The position numbers and the translations under genes are program-made. A stretch of DNA of 60,932 nucleotides, filler included, from Hausera hauseri (lineage: Eukaryota), in NCBI GenBank assembly GCA_046269625.1. It is 12 parts of 12 records of this genome, joined end to end, with 100 filler letters (N's around TTAATTAATTAA, not from the genome) between each part and the next. Parts side by side here need not be neighbours in the genome. Positions count along the whole stretch, not along the records: positions 9,666 to 15,156 come from JBJURY010243516.1; positions 15,257 to 20,822 come from JBJURY010229850.1; positions 20,923 to 25,549 come from JBJURY010497797.1; positions 25,650 to 30,594 come from JBJURY010384369.1; 8 more parts are not named here. One strand, written 5' to 3'. Position 1 is the stretch's first letter; the number at the start of each line of letters is the position of its first letter. Shown one piece after another: positions 12,580 through 26,545 of this stretch. The notes beneath the pieces were generated by a model. It was given only the letters and a program-made list of their open reading frames with translations. It was not told where the DNA came from and searched no databases.

Positions 12580-13589
12580 CAATCTGCGATGCAAATATCA
12601 AAGTCGAAGTAATGTATCCATGCCACTTGACGAGGTATTGTTTATTCGAACCTTTGCCGCGTGAACTTAGAATTACCTTGAATACGATACACATAAGGTT
12701 TTTCCAGTAGTACTTTCAGTTCCAGTTCGTAAAATTTGCCAAGGTTTTCGTTACCATTTTTATCGTCTAAAACGTGCATAACAGATGTTTTATGATAATT
12801 GCTGAAATTCGGAAACCTTATCGCTCCAGTTCTAATTGAAATTTTTAATCAATGGTGTCGTACTCAGTTTCGAAATACCTATATGATAACCGATTTTATA
12901 CTTGAAACGTTTAGTCGGCCGTCGTCGTCGTTATATTTGGTTTTTGTAAAGCCACATGTCTATATCATCGGTTAAATCAACCGGCCGTAATCTATTGATG
13001 CCACGATGTGTCAAATGGTTGTATGCATGTATAATATCCAGTTGTACATCTACCCAACGTTTATTGCCCTGCTTGGTAAGGAATTTGGTTAGTCGACCGC
13101 GTAAGGTTCGATTTAATCGTTCAATGAGTACAGCTTTGTTTTGCGAAAACAACGATATGTGGTTTACACCAAACCGCCTCAAAACCAATGCGACATGGGT
13201 GTTGTAAAATTTTTTACCCAAATCCGTTTATACATGTTTCGGTGGTTGTTGTTCTATTAATGTGTAATCAGCATCGGCAATATCTTTACCGGATTCAGAT
13301 TTGACAGCTATTGCACCTGCAAAACGACTAAACACATCAATACTCATCAGCACGTACCAATATAAATCGTTAATACTGGCACACACAATCAATTCCATCA
13401 GATAAATTTGTCCTGCAAAACGGTATGCACGACTTGGAAACCGTTCTTTTATCTGTTTGTTTAAGCTGTATGATAACTGTTTCCCCAGCCAACGTTGGGT
13501 TTGTCGCCGAGTCTGTTTGACAGTCTTTGCCAATTTGTCGACGCATGTATACACGACGGGATGACGCGGTCGAACTACACGTCGCCCAT
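12580..13589 (-). pseudogene. Polinton integrase with chromodomain
   Basis: YVLMSIDVFSRFA, KAVLIERLNRTL, NWSDKVSE and a KWHGY-type chromodomain end. Confidence 0.9.
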
Positions 13590-13730
13590 CGTTGCCGTCG
13601 GTGTTGTCGATAAAATCGTTTTTGTCAGCATTACAGAAATTAGAACGAAACGTTAATGAAAAATTCGGCAAATTGGGACAAAATAATGAAAACCATGCAC
13701 AAATATCGCCAAATCATCATATACTTACCG

Positions 13731-14065
13731 TCATTGTTTATAGTAAACTGTTCCACAAATCAATCCACCCAGTAATGACGTGACAGTCGTAGAATTGCAC
13801 CAAGGAATCCGCCATCTTCATGAGATATGACCTCTCGTTTTAATCGTTTACTACGAGCGCTGGCAAGGCCAGTGAGTCGTTTTTGATACTTTAGTAAATT
13901 CCGCTTTCCACTACCAATGTCAACGTGACCCACAACGATATTGTAAAAAATTTCCATAAAATCGTCTACTACAAATTGCGGGAATGATCGCAGCGTGTTC
14001 CGTTTATGTCTCGACGGTGCTTTAAGAAACGAAATAAAGTACGGTTGACAAAGTTTGAAACGCAT
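13731..14065 (-). pseudogene. pX-like small Polinton protein
   Basis: EDGGFLGAIL followed by a frameshifted hydrophobic tail. Confidence 0.65.
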
Positions 14066-14125
14066 GATTAAATAAATGAGTAAAAGAATGAATCGAATCG
14101 TAGTTGTTTGTAATCGTTGCCACCT

Positions 14126-14295
14126 TTACGGTAACCTGCGTCTCTTTACTGCTGCTGTTGTTGTACAAAGCACTGGATTGATCAATCGTTTAACTTTAGC
14201 GTTGCGTTTTAATGTATTCGACGCACGTTTCTGCTTCTTCTTAGATAGCTGTTTGGTTGGTTCGCATTTAACAACTGTTTTTTGGAAATTCTTCA
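14126..14295 (-). CDS. Small K/R-rich protein, putative genome-condensing core protein
   Basis: MKNFQKTVVKCEPTKQLSKKKQKRASNTLKRNAKVKR...KRRRLP; present at the same position in three Polinton copies. Confidence 0.5.
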
Positions 14296-14306
14296 TTTTA
14301 CTACTA

Positions 14307-14880
14307 CTATCCTGCTGATTTTCGAATTTGCTTATAGACATGTACACCTTTCTGATTGAAAATATCTGTTCGTACACGCATGTCATCTGAACACTGTTGT
14401 ATAAAGTCAATAAACAGATATCCATGCTGTTTGTGCGTAGCATCATGATATGTATCTATCAAGTGGACTCGGTTATAAGGAAATGCTTGTCGTGCAACAT
14501 AATCAATGATGGTATGATCATGGAAATTTTTGAACAACACCAAATAGTCCACGTTTAGATTTCTTGTTCAATGCTGTCCGCCCTGATGGAACATGTTTTA
14601 CGTAGTGAAAATAACCGTCACACCACGGTGCTGTGCAATCTTCGTAAACAAGTTGGTGAAATCCGATTATTTCGAAGCTTCCTGAAATAAATCGTCGATG
14701 ACAATAACGTCACCGTTGCATGGTCTTTCTGACCAGTTCTCATGAAACCCATCAATTACCGTTATCGATTTCAGTTTACAAAATTCCCGTTGCGTCAAAC
14801 CGAACTCACCATCATCACCAACACCATGATGCCAGTATATATGATTATACCTCGGTGAATGGAACATGTCACAGTAGTTG
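14307..14880 (-). pseudogene. Polinton packaging ATPase (A32/FtsK-like), Walker A region missing
   Basis: VIVIDDLFQE (Walker B), YLVLFKN, GYLFID and RVRTDIF. Confidence 0.88.
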
Positions 14881-14918
14881 TAACTATATTGTAACTATAT
14901 AACGTACAATTTTCATAT

Positions 14919-15150
14919 TGTGTGTGTGTGTGTGAGACACTAGATAACAGTATAAGGTACAATTCGTGTGTGTGTGTCACACTAGATTACTGTATAAGAT
15001 ACCATTCGTGTGTGTGTGCGTTTTTTTATGCGATTTTTGGCGTTTTCGGCCGGCGCTTCGCGCTGCGTTTCGAATAGGGGGGCTGGTGATGCACTGCTTA
15101 GGTGATGCGCTTATTAGGTGATGCGCTTATTAGGTGATGCATATATAAGC
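14919..15150. repeat. Short tandem repeats: two ~42-bp (GT)n-containing units, then four 16-bp GGTGATGCGCTTATTA-type units
   Basis: GGTGATGC recurs at 15085, 15101, 15117 and 15133. CACTAGAT..GTATAAG..ATTCGTGTGTG occurs twice in 14938-15018. Confidence 0.85.
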
Positions 15151-16329
15151 GGCGCTNNNNNNNNNNNNNNNNNNNNNNNNNNNNNNNNNNNNNNNNNNNN
15201 TTAATTAATTAANNNNNNNNNNNNNNNNNNNNNNNNNNNNNNNNNNNNNNNNNNNNAATGAATAGCATGACTAAGGGCCGTGTCAACCAATTTGCATTTT
15301 TGTATGATAACACACCGACCAATATAAGTCAATCTTCATGGTGGTATTTTTTCAAAAAGGCTTCAAGACTACCGAATTTTTGAAAAGGAAAATGAGTAAT
15401 GTAAAAATGCTACGTTTTGCCCAGGAATTAATGTACAGCTGTAACCAAAGTACAGTGTTCTGTGTTCCGAATCCTTGTTGCCTAGAACTGTACTTGAAGT
15501 ACTATCTTCGTGTAAGTATTTGGCTAATTGTAGAAAAGTTAAATGTTCAGACGGCCAGCCTATTTGCGAAACAGGTGCAGACAAATTATTCAAGATGACG
15601 AAAGCAAAACAGAAACCAGAAGCTCGCATCGGTTTAACTGATTCTGAGGAAGATGAATTTCCGATTTACACACACGAGACGAAGAAAAATCTGATTCTGT
15701 ATTTCCAAGACCTCAAAGAAACGTGATTAACAGCAAGATATGAAAATTATGTGGTGTATAGATTCAGAGATTTTGACGAATCCGAAGATGTATAATTGAT
15801 TTCGAATAATATTTTTAAAATTATATCTCGTGAAATAAAAATTTGTTTCAAAAATCTGTATTAAACCAATTATATTTAATTTCAAGTGAGTTTCACTCAT
15901 CAGTCTTTGTTACGGAGTGACTGTTGTACCAGTACGACGACACATTTTGTCACCACATATTAGGTAGATCTTTTTAAGCGAAGTGAATTTTTTAATTTAG
16001 GGTCAATTTTCTGATGGATTTCTCTCCGTCTTTCATAATAGTAAATTTATTATTATAATCCTAGTTAAGTAGACAATTAAATCAGTTGCATATTAGATTT
16101 TGTTTCAATTTCGTATGCACGTTTCAATTTGCAAATTATTATTTGTACGTTAATTCTTACGCTACTAATTACCATTGTTGTTTTTAAACATAACATAAGC
16201 GATTAACAATTTTTGTGTTTATACAATTAAAAGTACATTTGACCTTATTGATAGTGACTGGCTGAGACAAAATCTTATTTTGTTTTCATTTTCAAGAATT
16301 GGCTAATGATTGTTACTTGCACTATGAAA

Positions 16330-17110
16330 GGGACTTTCAATGACCATAGGCACCGTTGCTATGCACACTTTTACGCATTTCACAAATCGATCTCTGCACA
16401 TTGCACTACTGATCGAATCGATTAGCACAAAGGGCTAATCGATAGTGCGCATCAAGGCGCATCGACCTTTGCATTGTGCACTGCACCTGTACATGTGCAG
16501 TTGGGTGTAAATCAATAATATCGGATGACCGATAAATCCAATATTGATGATTAGCACATGGCACCGAGTGTAATCTATTGGAAAAACAGTACACTATATG
16601 AATGTGCAATTAGAATTTAAATCCATCGAGTGATTTTCGAATAATACCAACTGGTGGAGAATGCCAATAGGCCATTTCGGTATTAAACAAAAAATCCATA
16701 AAATCGATATTGCGCTTATACTAATCGGTATTGCATCCGATGCATTACCGATCGGGAAATTCTCATGGCGGAGGTGCCCGTAAGCACCATTGCCACGCAC
16801 TTTTGAACTTTTCACATATGTCGCGGTAAGGTCCAACATTGCTCGAATCGATCGGTGTAAAGTGCTAATGGATAGCGCATGTCGATGTGCATCGATCTGT
16901 GCACTGTGCAGTGCACCTGCACATGTTCAAGTGGGTGCAAATCAATAACATCGGTTTTCCAATAATTCCAATATTTATGTTTAGTATATGGCACCGGATG
17001 CAATCGAATGCAAAAACGGTGCACTATACGAATGTGCAATTAGAATTTAAATCGATCGAGTGGTTTTCGAACAACATCGACTCGAAGGTGCAGGTAGTGG
17101 AGAATGCCCA
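16330..17110. repeat. Diverged tandem duplication with ~430-bp period, unknown coding potential
   Basis: GAATGTGCAATTAGAATTTAAATC occurs at ~16600 and ~17030; minus-strand ORFs 16406 and 16812 are paralogous. Confidence 0.8.
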
Positions 17111-18235
17111 AAGGTTTTTTAGGTCCTAAGGAATGAAAATGCGATATTACATTGAGCGTGACAGATAGGAAATCGAGGATTGTGATCTGGAATATCGACT
17201 CAAATATTTTTGGAAAGAATATGAAATTTAAAGTTTTAAAAAATCTGATGAAGTCATTCGATTCCCCCTCTCCGAAAACCTCTAAATCCATTAAAATTAT
17301 TCCATGAAAATGTGCTCGAACTCGAAAATTCGGTCAAGCGTACGTTATTCGAAGAATCTAATGATGTCGTTTGTTTCGCCGTGTACGAAAACCTATAAGC
17401 AAATCGAAATTGGCGCAGTGCAATGCATCTCGGTGTGTTAAAACAAGGTTTTCCAATATGGCAAGATTATGTAAAAAATACGTTGCTTATTTTGATTGTG
17501 CAATTAAAGTGAAATTGAAGGTGAAGCACAATGAAATCAATATATCTTTAAGCGCACACAGATGGTAAATCGTATATGGCGAATCCGAATCCGATGTTAT
17601 ATATTCCAAAACAAGTACAAATCGATAATCTCCATAAACTCGATGCAACCCACGTGTTTCGTAGAATCTAATGGCTGTAATCGATTCCGCATGTGCCAAA
17701 ACCTTGTAAACAAGTAAAATGGGCCCCGTTTTATGATTCGTTACCGAGTAAATTAACAACGAAAACACTAAATTTCACAAGTATGTTTTATAATTAACTT
17801 ATACCGTGACATTCAAGGTATAGGGTGCAAAATATCGATAATTCTTTAAGCGTACGTGGATAGGAAAACATGTATGGCAAGTCAGGTTATAACGTTAGAA
17901 GTTCGGATATTGGTTCACAAGTCGAATATTCGAATAATTTAATACTCGAAAATCGATAAATTCAGGTGTGTACATGTTGTTTCACTGTGAATTTCAAGGT
18001 GATGAAGCAAATTTGGCGGGCATAACAATTTTGTGCAATTAATGCATTAAAACAAATGCAACACGTTGATAAGACATGCAATACGATGACAATACAAGTA
18101 GCATAATGACAGATTCATGTGTGTATGTGAGCAAGTTTTTGTTTAAATCAATCAAATTACGTGGCAAGTTCATGAAATTGATGCATTAAAACAAACGTAC
18201 AAATGCAGTATGTTGGCAATACAAGTGCAACATGT

Positions 18236-20822
18236 TGACAACAATATATCAATCAATATCTTGGGATTGGATGAGGAGGACAAATTCTATTCCCTGCAGA
18301 TATGCGATACTGAATTGGAAGATCATAGGGTTCTGCTCCTACTAGACGATGGAGAAAAAAACATTATGTTTGGATCAAAGACTTTGAGCGGCTAGTCAGA
18401 TCACAAATTACGAAACATAATGGACAAATAAAAATATGTAAACAATGCTTGTCCCATTTCAGCGACGATGTAGCTCTATTGAAGCCGAAAGAGAACAAGA
18501 TGTACTGCAACAACAATTAATGTATCAGGCCAGAATTTCCCAAGGAGGATTACATTGAATACAAGAAGTTCGAGAAGAAGATCAAGGTCCAAATAGTTAT
18601 GTATTGCGACTTTGAGGCTATTCTGCGTCTAGTTCAGAGTTGCAGTCATAATCCCCAACACAGCAGCACAACGGCATACCAATATCATGAACTCTCGTCA
18701 TATTGTATGTATGCCAAAGGACTGGACAGTGAAACATATCTATTCAGAGGTCCAGGCGCAGCAGTTCATTTCATAAAGCGACTTGAAGATATGGCTCATA
18801 GGATTGGAGATATGCAGTAGCGGCATAAGGATGCAATGGGCATGTTAAAGCAGCAAGAAGAATGGCGCAAGGCAACAGCATGTTACTTGTGCTCCAAATC
18901 ATTCACTAGGGAGAATCATAAAGTCATGGATCATTGCCATTTTACAGGAAAATATCGGGGCGCGGCATGCTACAACTGCAAACTACGTTGCAAAACATGT
19001 ACATATGTGCCTGTAGTGTTCCATAATCTCAGGGGCTATGATTCCCACTTCATTGTTCGGGAACTGGGAAACATTGAAGGAAACATTGATGTGATCCCTA
19101 ATAGTGAGGAAAAATACATCACCTTCACGAAGCATGTTGGGAAAATTAGGCTTCGCTTCGTAGACAGTTTCCGTTTCATGTCGTCTTCACTTGACAGTTT
19201 AGTGAAAAACCTCCCTGCAGAAGAACTCAAGGAGACGAAGTGGTTCTTTCCCACTGCATTTGACCTCGTCAATAGGAAATGCGTGTTTCCCTATGAATAC
19301 ATAACTTCAAGAAAAACACTGAATGAGACGTCATTGCCGGCCAAGAAGGACTTTTGCAATATCCTCTCTGATTGCGATATCACTGATTCTGACTACCAGC
19401 ATGCTTAGAACGTCTGGGATGCATTTCAGTGCCGAACATTAGCTGCTGTTGATGGATGTCTTTAGGAGTTTCAGGGATGGTACGATGAACAGCCATGCAC
19501 TGGATCCGGCTCATTCCTTTACAGCTCCAGGGATGAGTTGGGCAGCTATGCTGCGCAATATAAGTATTAGGCCGCAGATCATAAAGGATTACAACATGAT
19601 CCTCATGATTAAGAGACGCATTATAGGCGGAATATGCTAGGCCATTCACCGGTATAGCGAGGCCAACAACAAGTATATGGCCCAGTATGATCCATCCAAG
19701 GAATCCACATATATATACCTGGATTCCAACAACTTTTATGGATAGGTAATGAGCGTCCCATTGCCATATGATAACTTCAAGTGGGTCGAGCATTCTGAAA
19801 ACATCCCTATACTAGACGTGGACCCCACTGGAGATACGGGCTACATACTGCAGGTATATATGGAATACCGGACTTCTGTCCACACAAGGCATTAATAGCT
19901 ACCTTTCCTCCATGAGAGCAAGCCTCCGCCCCATGGAAAGCATAGAAAGTTGCTCTGCCATAGGAGAGGTAGAGGTAGTCCGCTGCATAAATCTCCAGTG
20001 GGCGGTCAGGAATAGACTCCGCATTACTAAGATCCATAGAGCCCTGCAGTTCAGCCAGTCCATGTGGCTGCAACCCTACATAGACCTGAATTCGAAGCTG
20101 CGGACTAATGCCTAGAACGATTTTGAGAAGGATCAATTCAAGCTATACAACAACAGCGTTTTTGGCAAGACAATGGAGAATATCCACAACAGAATCAACA
20201 TCTAACTGGTCTCTGAGTGGAAGCGGGCAAAGAAGCTCATTGCCAAGCCAAACTTCCACAGCAGCATCATATATGGTGAGAACTTGGTCAGCATCTATAT
20301 GCTGAATACAGCATCAGTATTCAACAAGCCCATATATGTGGGTATGACAATCCTCGACATATCAAAGACCCTCATGTATCATTTCCACTACGACATTATG
20401 GTCAACAAGTTCAAGTCCATGCCGCTGATGTATACAGAAACTGATAGTTTCGTCCATCAGATCCATACAGAGGACATTTATGAAGACTTTGCCCAGTTGG
20501 CAGAGCATATGGATACCTCGGACTATCCGAAGGATCATGCCAACTATTAAATTGCCAACAAAAAGATCCTTGGGAAATTCAAAGACGAGATGAATAGGGC
20601 AATAATATCGAGATTTGTGGCTCTCAGATCTAAAATGTATGCCGTAGATGTATGTGGCCAAATAAAGATGCGGGCAAAGGGGGTTCAAAGGTCTACATTG
20701 GCCAAAAAGATCAGTTTCCAAGACTATGTGACAGTTTTGCAGGAACAGACTCACATTATATCGGAAATGAAAAGGATCCAATCTAGGAATCATAACATCC
20801 AAACAGTAACTCTGCATAAGAA
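18236..20822 (+). pseudogene. Polinton pPolB with endonuclease VII/HNH insert
   Basis: YCDFEA (ExoI), DHCHFTGKYRGAACYNC, VFHNLRGYDSH, YLDSNN.YG, KLYNNSVFGKTMEN, YTETDS and RSKMY; many stops and frameshifts. Confidence 0.93.
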
Positions 20823-20949
20823 NNNNNNNNNNNNNNNNNNNNNNNNNNNNNNNNNNNNNNNNNNNNTTAATTAATTAANNNNNNNNNNNNNNNNNNNNNN
20901 NNNNNNNNNNNNNNNNNNNNNNTCAATATAAAAAATTTATACTATCTTA

Positions 20950-22041
20950 CATTGGAACATGAAAAGGAAAGAAAAACATTTATCGAAGTGGCATCTACGT
21001 TTCCTTTCATTCAAGAACATCTGAAAATAGAAAACATGGATTATTTTCGGAGACAAAACATCGAAAGTGAACGAAGAACTATACGGCTGTTGATGCAGCG
21101 CATTGCGAAGATTCATCGAATTATTCCCGAATACAATACGTTCAATATAGACGGGACTTCATTAGTCATGAATATTCTTACATCTGACCGCGCTAATATT
21201 CCAGCGAATATACTTTAACTTAGTCTATCGAAATATTTGATGGGTTGTATGATGACTGAGACAGATACAGCAGAAAAGGTTGAATATAACACCGGATATG
21301 TCGAAATACGAAATTGTGTTCTTCGCGAGTATCTCGATATTTATATCAACATACCCAATGGGTACAAGAATCTCTTAAAAACCGAGAACCCTTGAAGCCA
21401 AATGGCGAACATATAGCGAGTGATGTTGTCAATAATAGGCTTATGAAATTCAGCAAAGTTAGTATCGAAATGTGCGACACCTTGGCCAAATCCATTGTAC
21501 AAATCATTTACAGAAATGATTCGGAAGCTTACTGATGGCTATTCGAAATGTTCTTGGGACATTTCCACGATAACTGTTAACGAAATTGTAACACTTTCTT
21601 CATTGTTCATTATGGTTTCACAATCAGACTCTTTAAATGATCAATTATCAACGAATATTGCTTCTAAAATGTTTTTTGAAATCGATGAAGGTGAATTGGA
21701 CAAATACAAGTCTAAATCTAAATCATGTTTTGAAAATAGATTTGACTGATGAAATTATTAGTCAAATTCGTTGGGCAAAGAAAGTGGTAATTTGTGTTAT
21801 TCGAGTGTCATTGCAAGCGGACACATACGACAACATACATAAGACTCACTGTCAACACAAGTCACTTTGGAATGAACTGTATTACTTCATTAAGGAGTCA
21901 AAACTCGCAGTTACCGGTAAACGAATGAGAACAAGAAGCCAATGTAGTTTATCAGAAAAAAATTGGATATCGTATTGGAGTTTATTGATAAAAGTCAATT
22001 CGTCGGAAAGGATGGTTTTAATGACATTCTCGATAATCTGA
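20950..22041 (+). pseudogene. Degenerate unknown coding sequence
   Basis: Overlapping chain of plus-strand ORFs in shifting frames; no recognisable motif. Confidence 0.35.
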
Positions 22042-22959
22042 TTTCAGGAAGGAAGGTATATCTCATATTGTTTCACATTTTTACTTTCGCCTTTGGGTAA
22101 TAAAATGCCGTTTAAGAGCGGTAATCTCCCTAAACTATTCACGCAAACGTAAAAACTCCCAATCTACAAAAGGATCCGGAAACGTATTTTATTCCGGAAT
22201 TCTATCGAAATTACCGTGGAAATTAAACATGTCATTTTTAAGAAAGTAGCCTCTGTGGTGCCACGGTCGCCGGCTGCTCGATCTCTCGTCCGGATGCTAG
22301 TTGTCAATGTAATGAACTTTTCGGCAATATCCGACAATCGAATCTTCACTGTCTTAGTCTTTCTCGTCAATATCCGACAATCAAAAAGTTGCTAGCATGT
22401 CGAATCTCATGCGAAAACTCAATACCCAAAAAGTCAAATAGATACAAGTTCTCAAGAGATTATGAAAACCATGAAGGACTACGAGAATAAACTTTCAATG
22501 TAATGGACTTTTCGGCAATATCCGACAATCGAATCTTCACTGTACAAAAAATTAATTCAATCTCAAGCAAGATGATTATGATGAAGTTGCGTTGTAATTT
22601 TTGAATCGGTAACGGTCATTCAATGGTTGCTAATTTAGGTTTCGGGTGTTTTCTTATTTGTTCTTTTTCTTTATTGAATTAGATGATATTCTCTTTTGTT
22701 ATTATTTGTTTATTAATGTTTACTCAATGAGATTGTCTTTCATTCGTGTTTTTAGTTTGGTTTGAAGTGTATCATATTCACTGAATTACACACAAATGAA
22801 CATAGACAATTGATTCAGTTTTCTTTTATTTTCTTGTATGAATTTTTTTGTGTAATGTAAATATTGAATTGATAATAGATGTTGGTTTTAAAAATTTAAA
22901 AAAGAAATTTTTGAATAATACACATTTTGGATTTTATATTTGGATTCTATCTTCGTTAT

Positions 22960-25310
22960 ATTAATTGGAACATTGAGCATCTAGTAAGATCTCAAATAAC
23001 AACAAATCATGGAAGAGTTGAAATCTGTAAAAGATGTCTGTCCCATTTCGGTGGCGTTGTACCTATGGAGAAGCTTGCTAAGCACAAGATATACTGCAGC
23101 AACAATTATTGTATCATGGCAGAATTTCCCAAGCAGGACTATATTGAATTCAAAGAGTTTGAAAAGAAGCTCAAGGTCCCAATAATCATCTATTGCGACT
23201 TTGAAGCAATCCCGAGTCCGATTCAGAGTTGTAACCACAATCCGCAACAAAGCAGTACAATGACATACCAATATCACGAACTCTCGTCATATTGTATATA
23301 TGCAAAAGTAATGGACAAGGACTCATTTATTTTCAGGGGTCCAAATTAAGCAGCACATTTTATGAAGAGATTAGAAGATACGTCCCATAGGATAGAAGTT
23401 ATGTTGCAGCAACATAACGATTTGGATCAAATAACTATGTTGAAGATGCAAAAAGAAGAATGGCTCAAGGCAACAACATGCTACTTGTGCTGCAATTCCT
23501 TCACTAAGAAAAATCACAAAGTCATGGATCACTGCCATTTTACGGGCACATATCGAGGTGCAGCCTGCAACAATTGAAATCTACGTTGACATTTGTTCCT
23601 GTAGTATTTAACAATTTCAGTGACTATAATTCCCGTTTCATATTCCAAAAACTGGGAAACATTGAAGGTAACATCGACGTAATTCTTAACAATGAGGTGA
23701 AATATGTCATATTTACGAAACATGTTGAAAAGTCGTACTCCGCTTCGTAGGCAGATTTTGATTCATATCTTTTTCACTTGACAGCTTAGTGAAGAACCGC
23801 CCAGCAGAAGATCTCAAGGAGACGAAGCGGTTCTTTCCAACTACATTTGACTTGGTCAAGAGGAAAAGAGTGTTTCCCTATGATTACATCCCAACATGGG
23901 GAACACTAGACAAAATAGCATTGCCGGCCAAGATAGACTTTTACAGTCAACTCTCAGACAGTGATATCAGCGATACGGATTCTCAACATGCACAAAAGGT
24001 CTGGGAAGCATTCAAATGTAGGACGATAGGAGAATACAGTGACATATACCTCAAGACGGACGTGTTGCTGCTGACAGATATATTTGAAAGCTTCCGGGAT
24101 GTAACACTAGTAATCCACAAGTTGGATCCATCTCATTTCTTCACAGCTCCAGGAATTAGTTGGGTAGATATGCTGCTCTATACCGGTATTAGACTGCAGA
24201 TCTTGAAGTATTATGATATGATCCGCATTATTAAGACAGGCATTAGAAGTGGAATATGCCAGGCCATTTACCGATATAATGAGGCCAATAACAAATATAT
24301 GGCCGAATATGATCCAGCCCAGGCATCCTCATATATTACCTACTTGGATGCCAACAACTTGTATGGATGGGCAATGAGAGCCTCACTGCAGTATGATAAC
24401 TTCCAATGGGTCAAGCATCCCGAAGACTTAGCAATATAAGATGTAAATTCCAATGGAAATACGAGCTGCATACTGGAGGTAAATGTTGAATATCCATATA
24501 ATATTCATACAATGCATAAACAGTTGCCTTTCTCCCTGAGAACAAGCAGCCACCTAATGATAAACATAGAAAACTTCTCTGTCATCTGGAGAACAGGGAA
24601 AGATGTGTAGCCCATTACATCAATCTCCAGCAAGCAATGAAGAATGGACTCCGCATCATGAAGATCCGTCGGGCCCTGAAGTCCAGTCCATGTGGCTGCA
24701 ACCATATATTGCCTTTAGCACTCAGCTGCGGCCAATGCCAAAAACGATTTCGAGAAATATCAGTTCAAGCTGTACAACAACAGCGTTTTTGGCAAACAGG
24801 ATAAACATAGAACTGGTCTCTGATTTTAAAAGTGCTAAAAAGCTGATTGCTAATCCAAACTTTCAAAACAGTACCGTATACACGGCAAACTTGGTCAGTA
24901 TTCATATGCTGAAGACACCTCTCGAGTTCAACAAGCCAATTTATGTGGGCATGTCAATACTGGACATATCAAAATCCTTGATGTATGACTTCCACTACGA
25001 CATCATGGTCCCCACATTCAATGACTCTGTGGCTTATGTATATGAATACCGACAGTTTCATAAATCAGATCCATACAGATGACATCTATGAGGACTTTGC
25101 TCAACTGGCGCAGCATATAGATTCGTCCGACTATCCAAAAGACCATAGGAATTTCTCTGTAAAGAACAAAAAAATCCTTGGGAAATTCAAAAAATGAGGT
25201 AAATGCGGCAATCATCCCAAGATTTGTAGCACTTAGGTCCAAAATGTATTCAATTGATGTATGTGGCCAAGTAAAGAAGAGGACCAAGGTTGATCAAAGA
25301 ACAATCTGTT
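22960..25310 (+). pseudogene. Polinton pPolB, second diverged copy
   Basis: IYCDFEA, DHCHFTGTYRGAACNN, YLKTDVLLLTDIFE, YLDANNLYGWAM, KPIYVGMSILDISK and YMNTDS. Confidence 0.93.
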
Positions 25311-25649
25311 GCTGAATAATCCAATGATAATGACAAGTTTTATTTGAGATCAAATACAAAAAACCATCGATAATTACAAATTAATTTTTTCACAATATTT
25401 CTTTATATATATCTACAATGTCCACGATCAACGACAAATATAACTGTCTATATTCTTGCACTGCCTATTAAGAGAGAACATTATAACAATGTGAAGTGAC
25501 GTAGATTTAGATTTGAGCCGAACTGAACTGTCTGTTAGAAGGAACATTGNNNNNNNNNNNNNNNNNNNNNNNNNNNNNNNNNNNNNNNNNNNNTTAATTA
25601 ATTAANNNNNNNNNNNNNNNNNNNNNNNNNNNNNNNNNNNNNNNNNNNN

Positions 25650-25890
25650 GTGTAGAGTAGCCAGTTCTCAACCTGAAGATCTGTGTTTGGTACTTTCGTT
25701 CAATCCTGTTGATAGCATCTTCAGTGTTGAGGGCTGTAAGATGTCTAGAAAGCCTCCCTCCGGTATTAGCATGTGCCCACTTATTCATCCAATCCTCTCT
25801 ACAATTATTTTTGATCATCTGCTTTGCTGTTGCCAAACTTAATGGATGTGTTATATGGGGCATTTGTACTCCCCCAGTTATTAACTGCTA
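25650..25890 (-). mobile_element. Non-LTR (I-group, RNaseH-type) LINE ORF2 C-terminal fragment
   Basis: W...W....GR......RKYQTQIFRLRTG pattern. Confidence 0.55.
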
Positions 25891-26199
25891 ACAAAAGTCA
25901 CAGTTAAAAAAAGTGGTGATGTAGGATCTCATCACTCTGGAACATCTAAGTGAATGAGAAGGCTGACAGACATGAGCAAGAAGACAAAAAAAAAACTACT
26001 TCAGAATGAAACATATGAAGTGACAAAGAGAATAAATGAAAAATGCCCAGAATATAGGGAGAAAGATCATCCAGTCCACAACAAAGCTCATGAGACAAGC
26101 AGTACAGAGGAGTCGATGGCCTCAAGATGACAGCTGCTTTCTTCCAAAATATTCAAGTTCACATCGTCTGGCTTACGAAGAAGAAGAAAACAATATGTT

Positions 26200-26545
26200 A
26201 CAAATGTCTTACCGGATAAGCTGAGGCAAAAGATGTTAACAGTAAGATGCTAGTCAACGTAATATACAATCTGTAACTTATTAAAACCTGGAGGCAAAGA
26301 TAAAATAGATGAAGACTGGTAAGAGCTGAAGTGAACTGAGATGATATGCCCCCGGACAGAATTAGGTAAAGAAAATGCATTGATGGCTTTTGCTTCAGTG
26401 GGAAATAGGAGATGGAGAGGAGGGAGAACTTATTCAAAGATGATACGGAGAAGAACAGTGGAAGAAGAGTTAGAAGAACTGAACCAACATTGGGGAACCA
26501 CAAGCAGAGAGAGAGAGAGCTGGAGAACCCTGGTCGTTTCCCCAG
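26200..26545 (+). mobile_element. RTE-like LINE 3' end remnant
   Basis: RRTVEEELEELNQHWG...RESWRTLV resembles the RTE ORF2 terminus. Confidence 0.5.

Noticed and set aside
22300-22545. Duplicated ~45-bp segment (GGCAATATCCGACAATCGAATCTTCACTGT)
   Set aside because: A local duplication with no coding or structural signal I could interpret.
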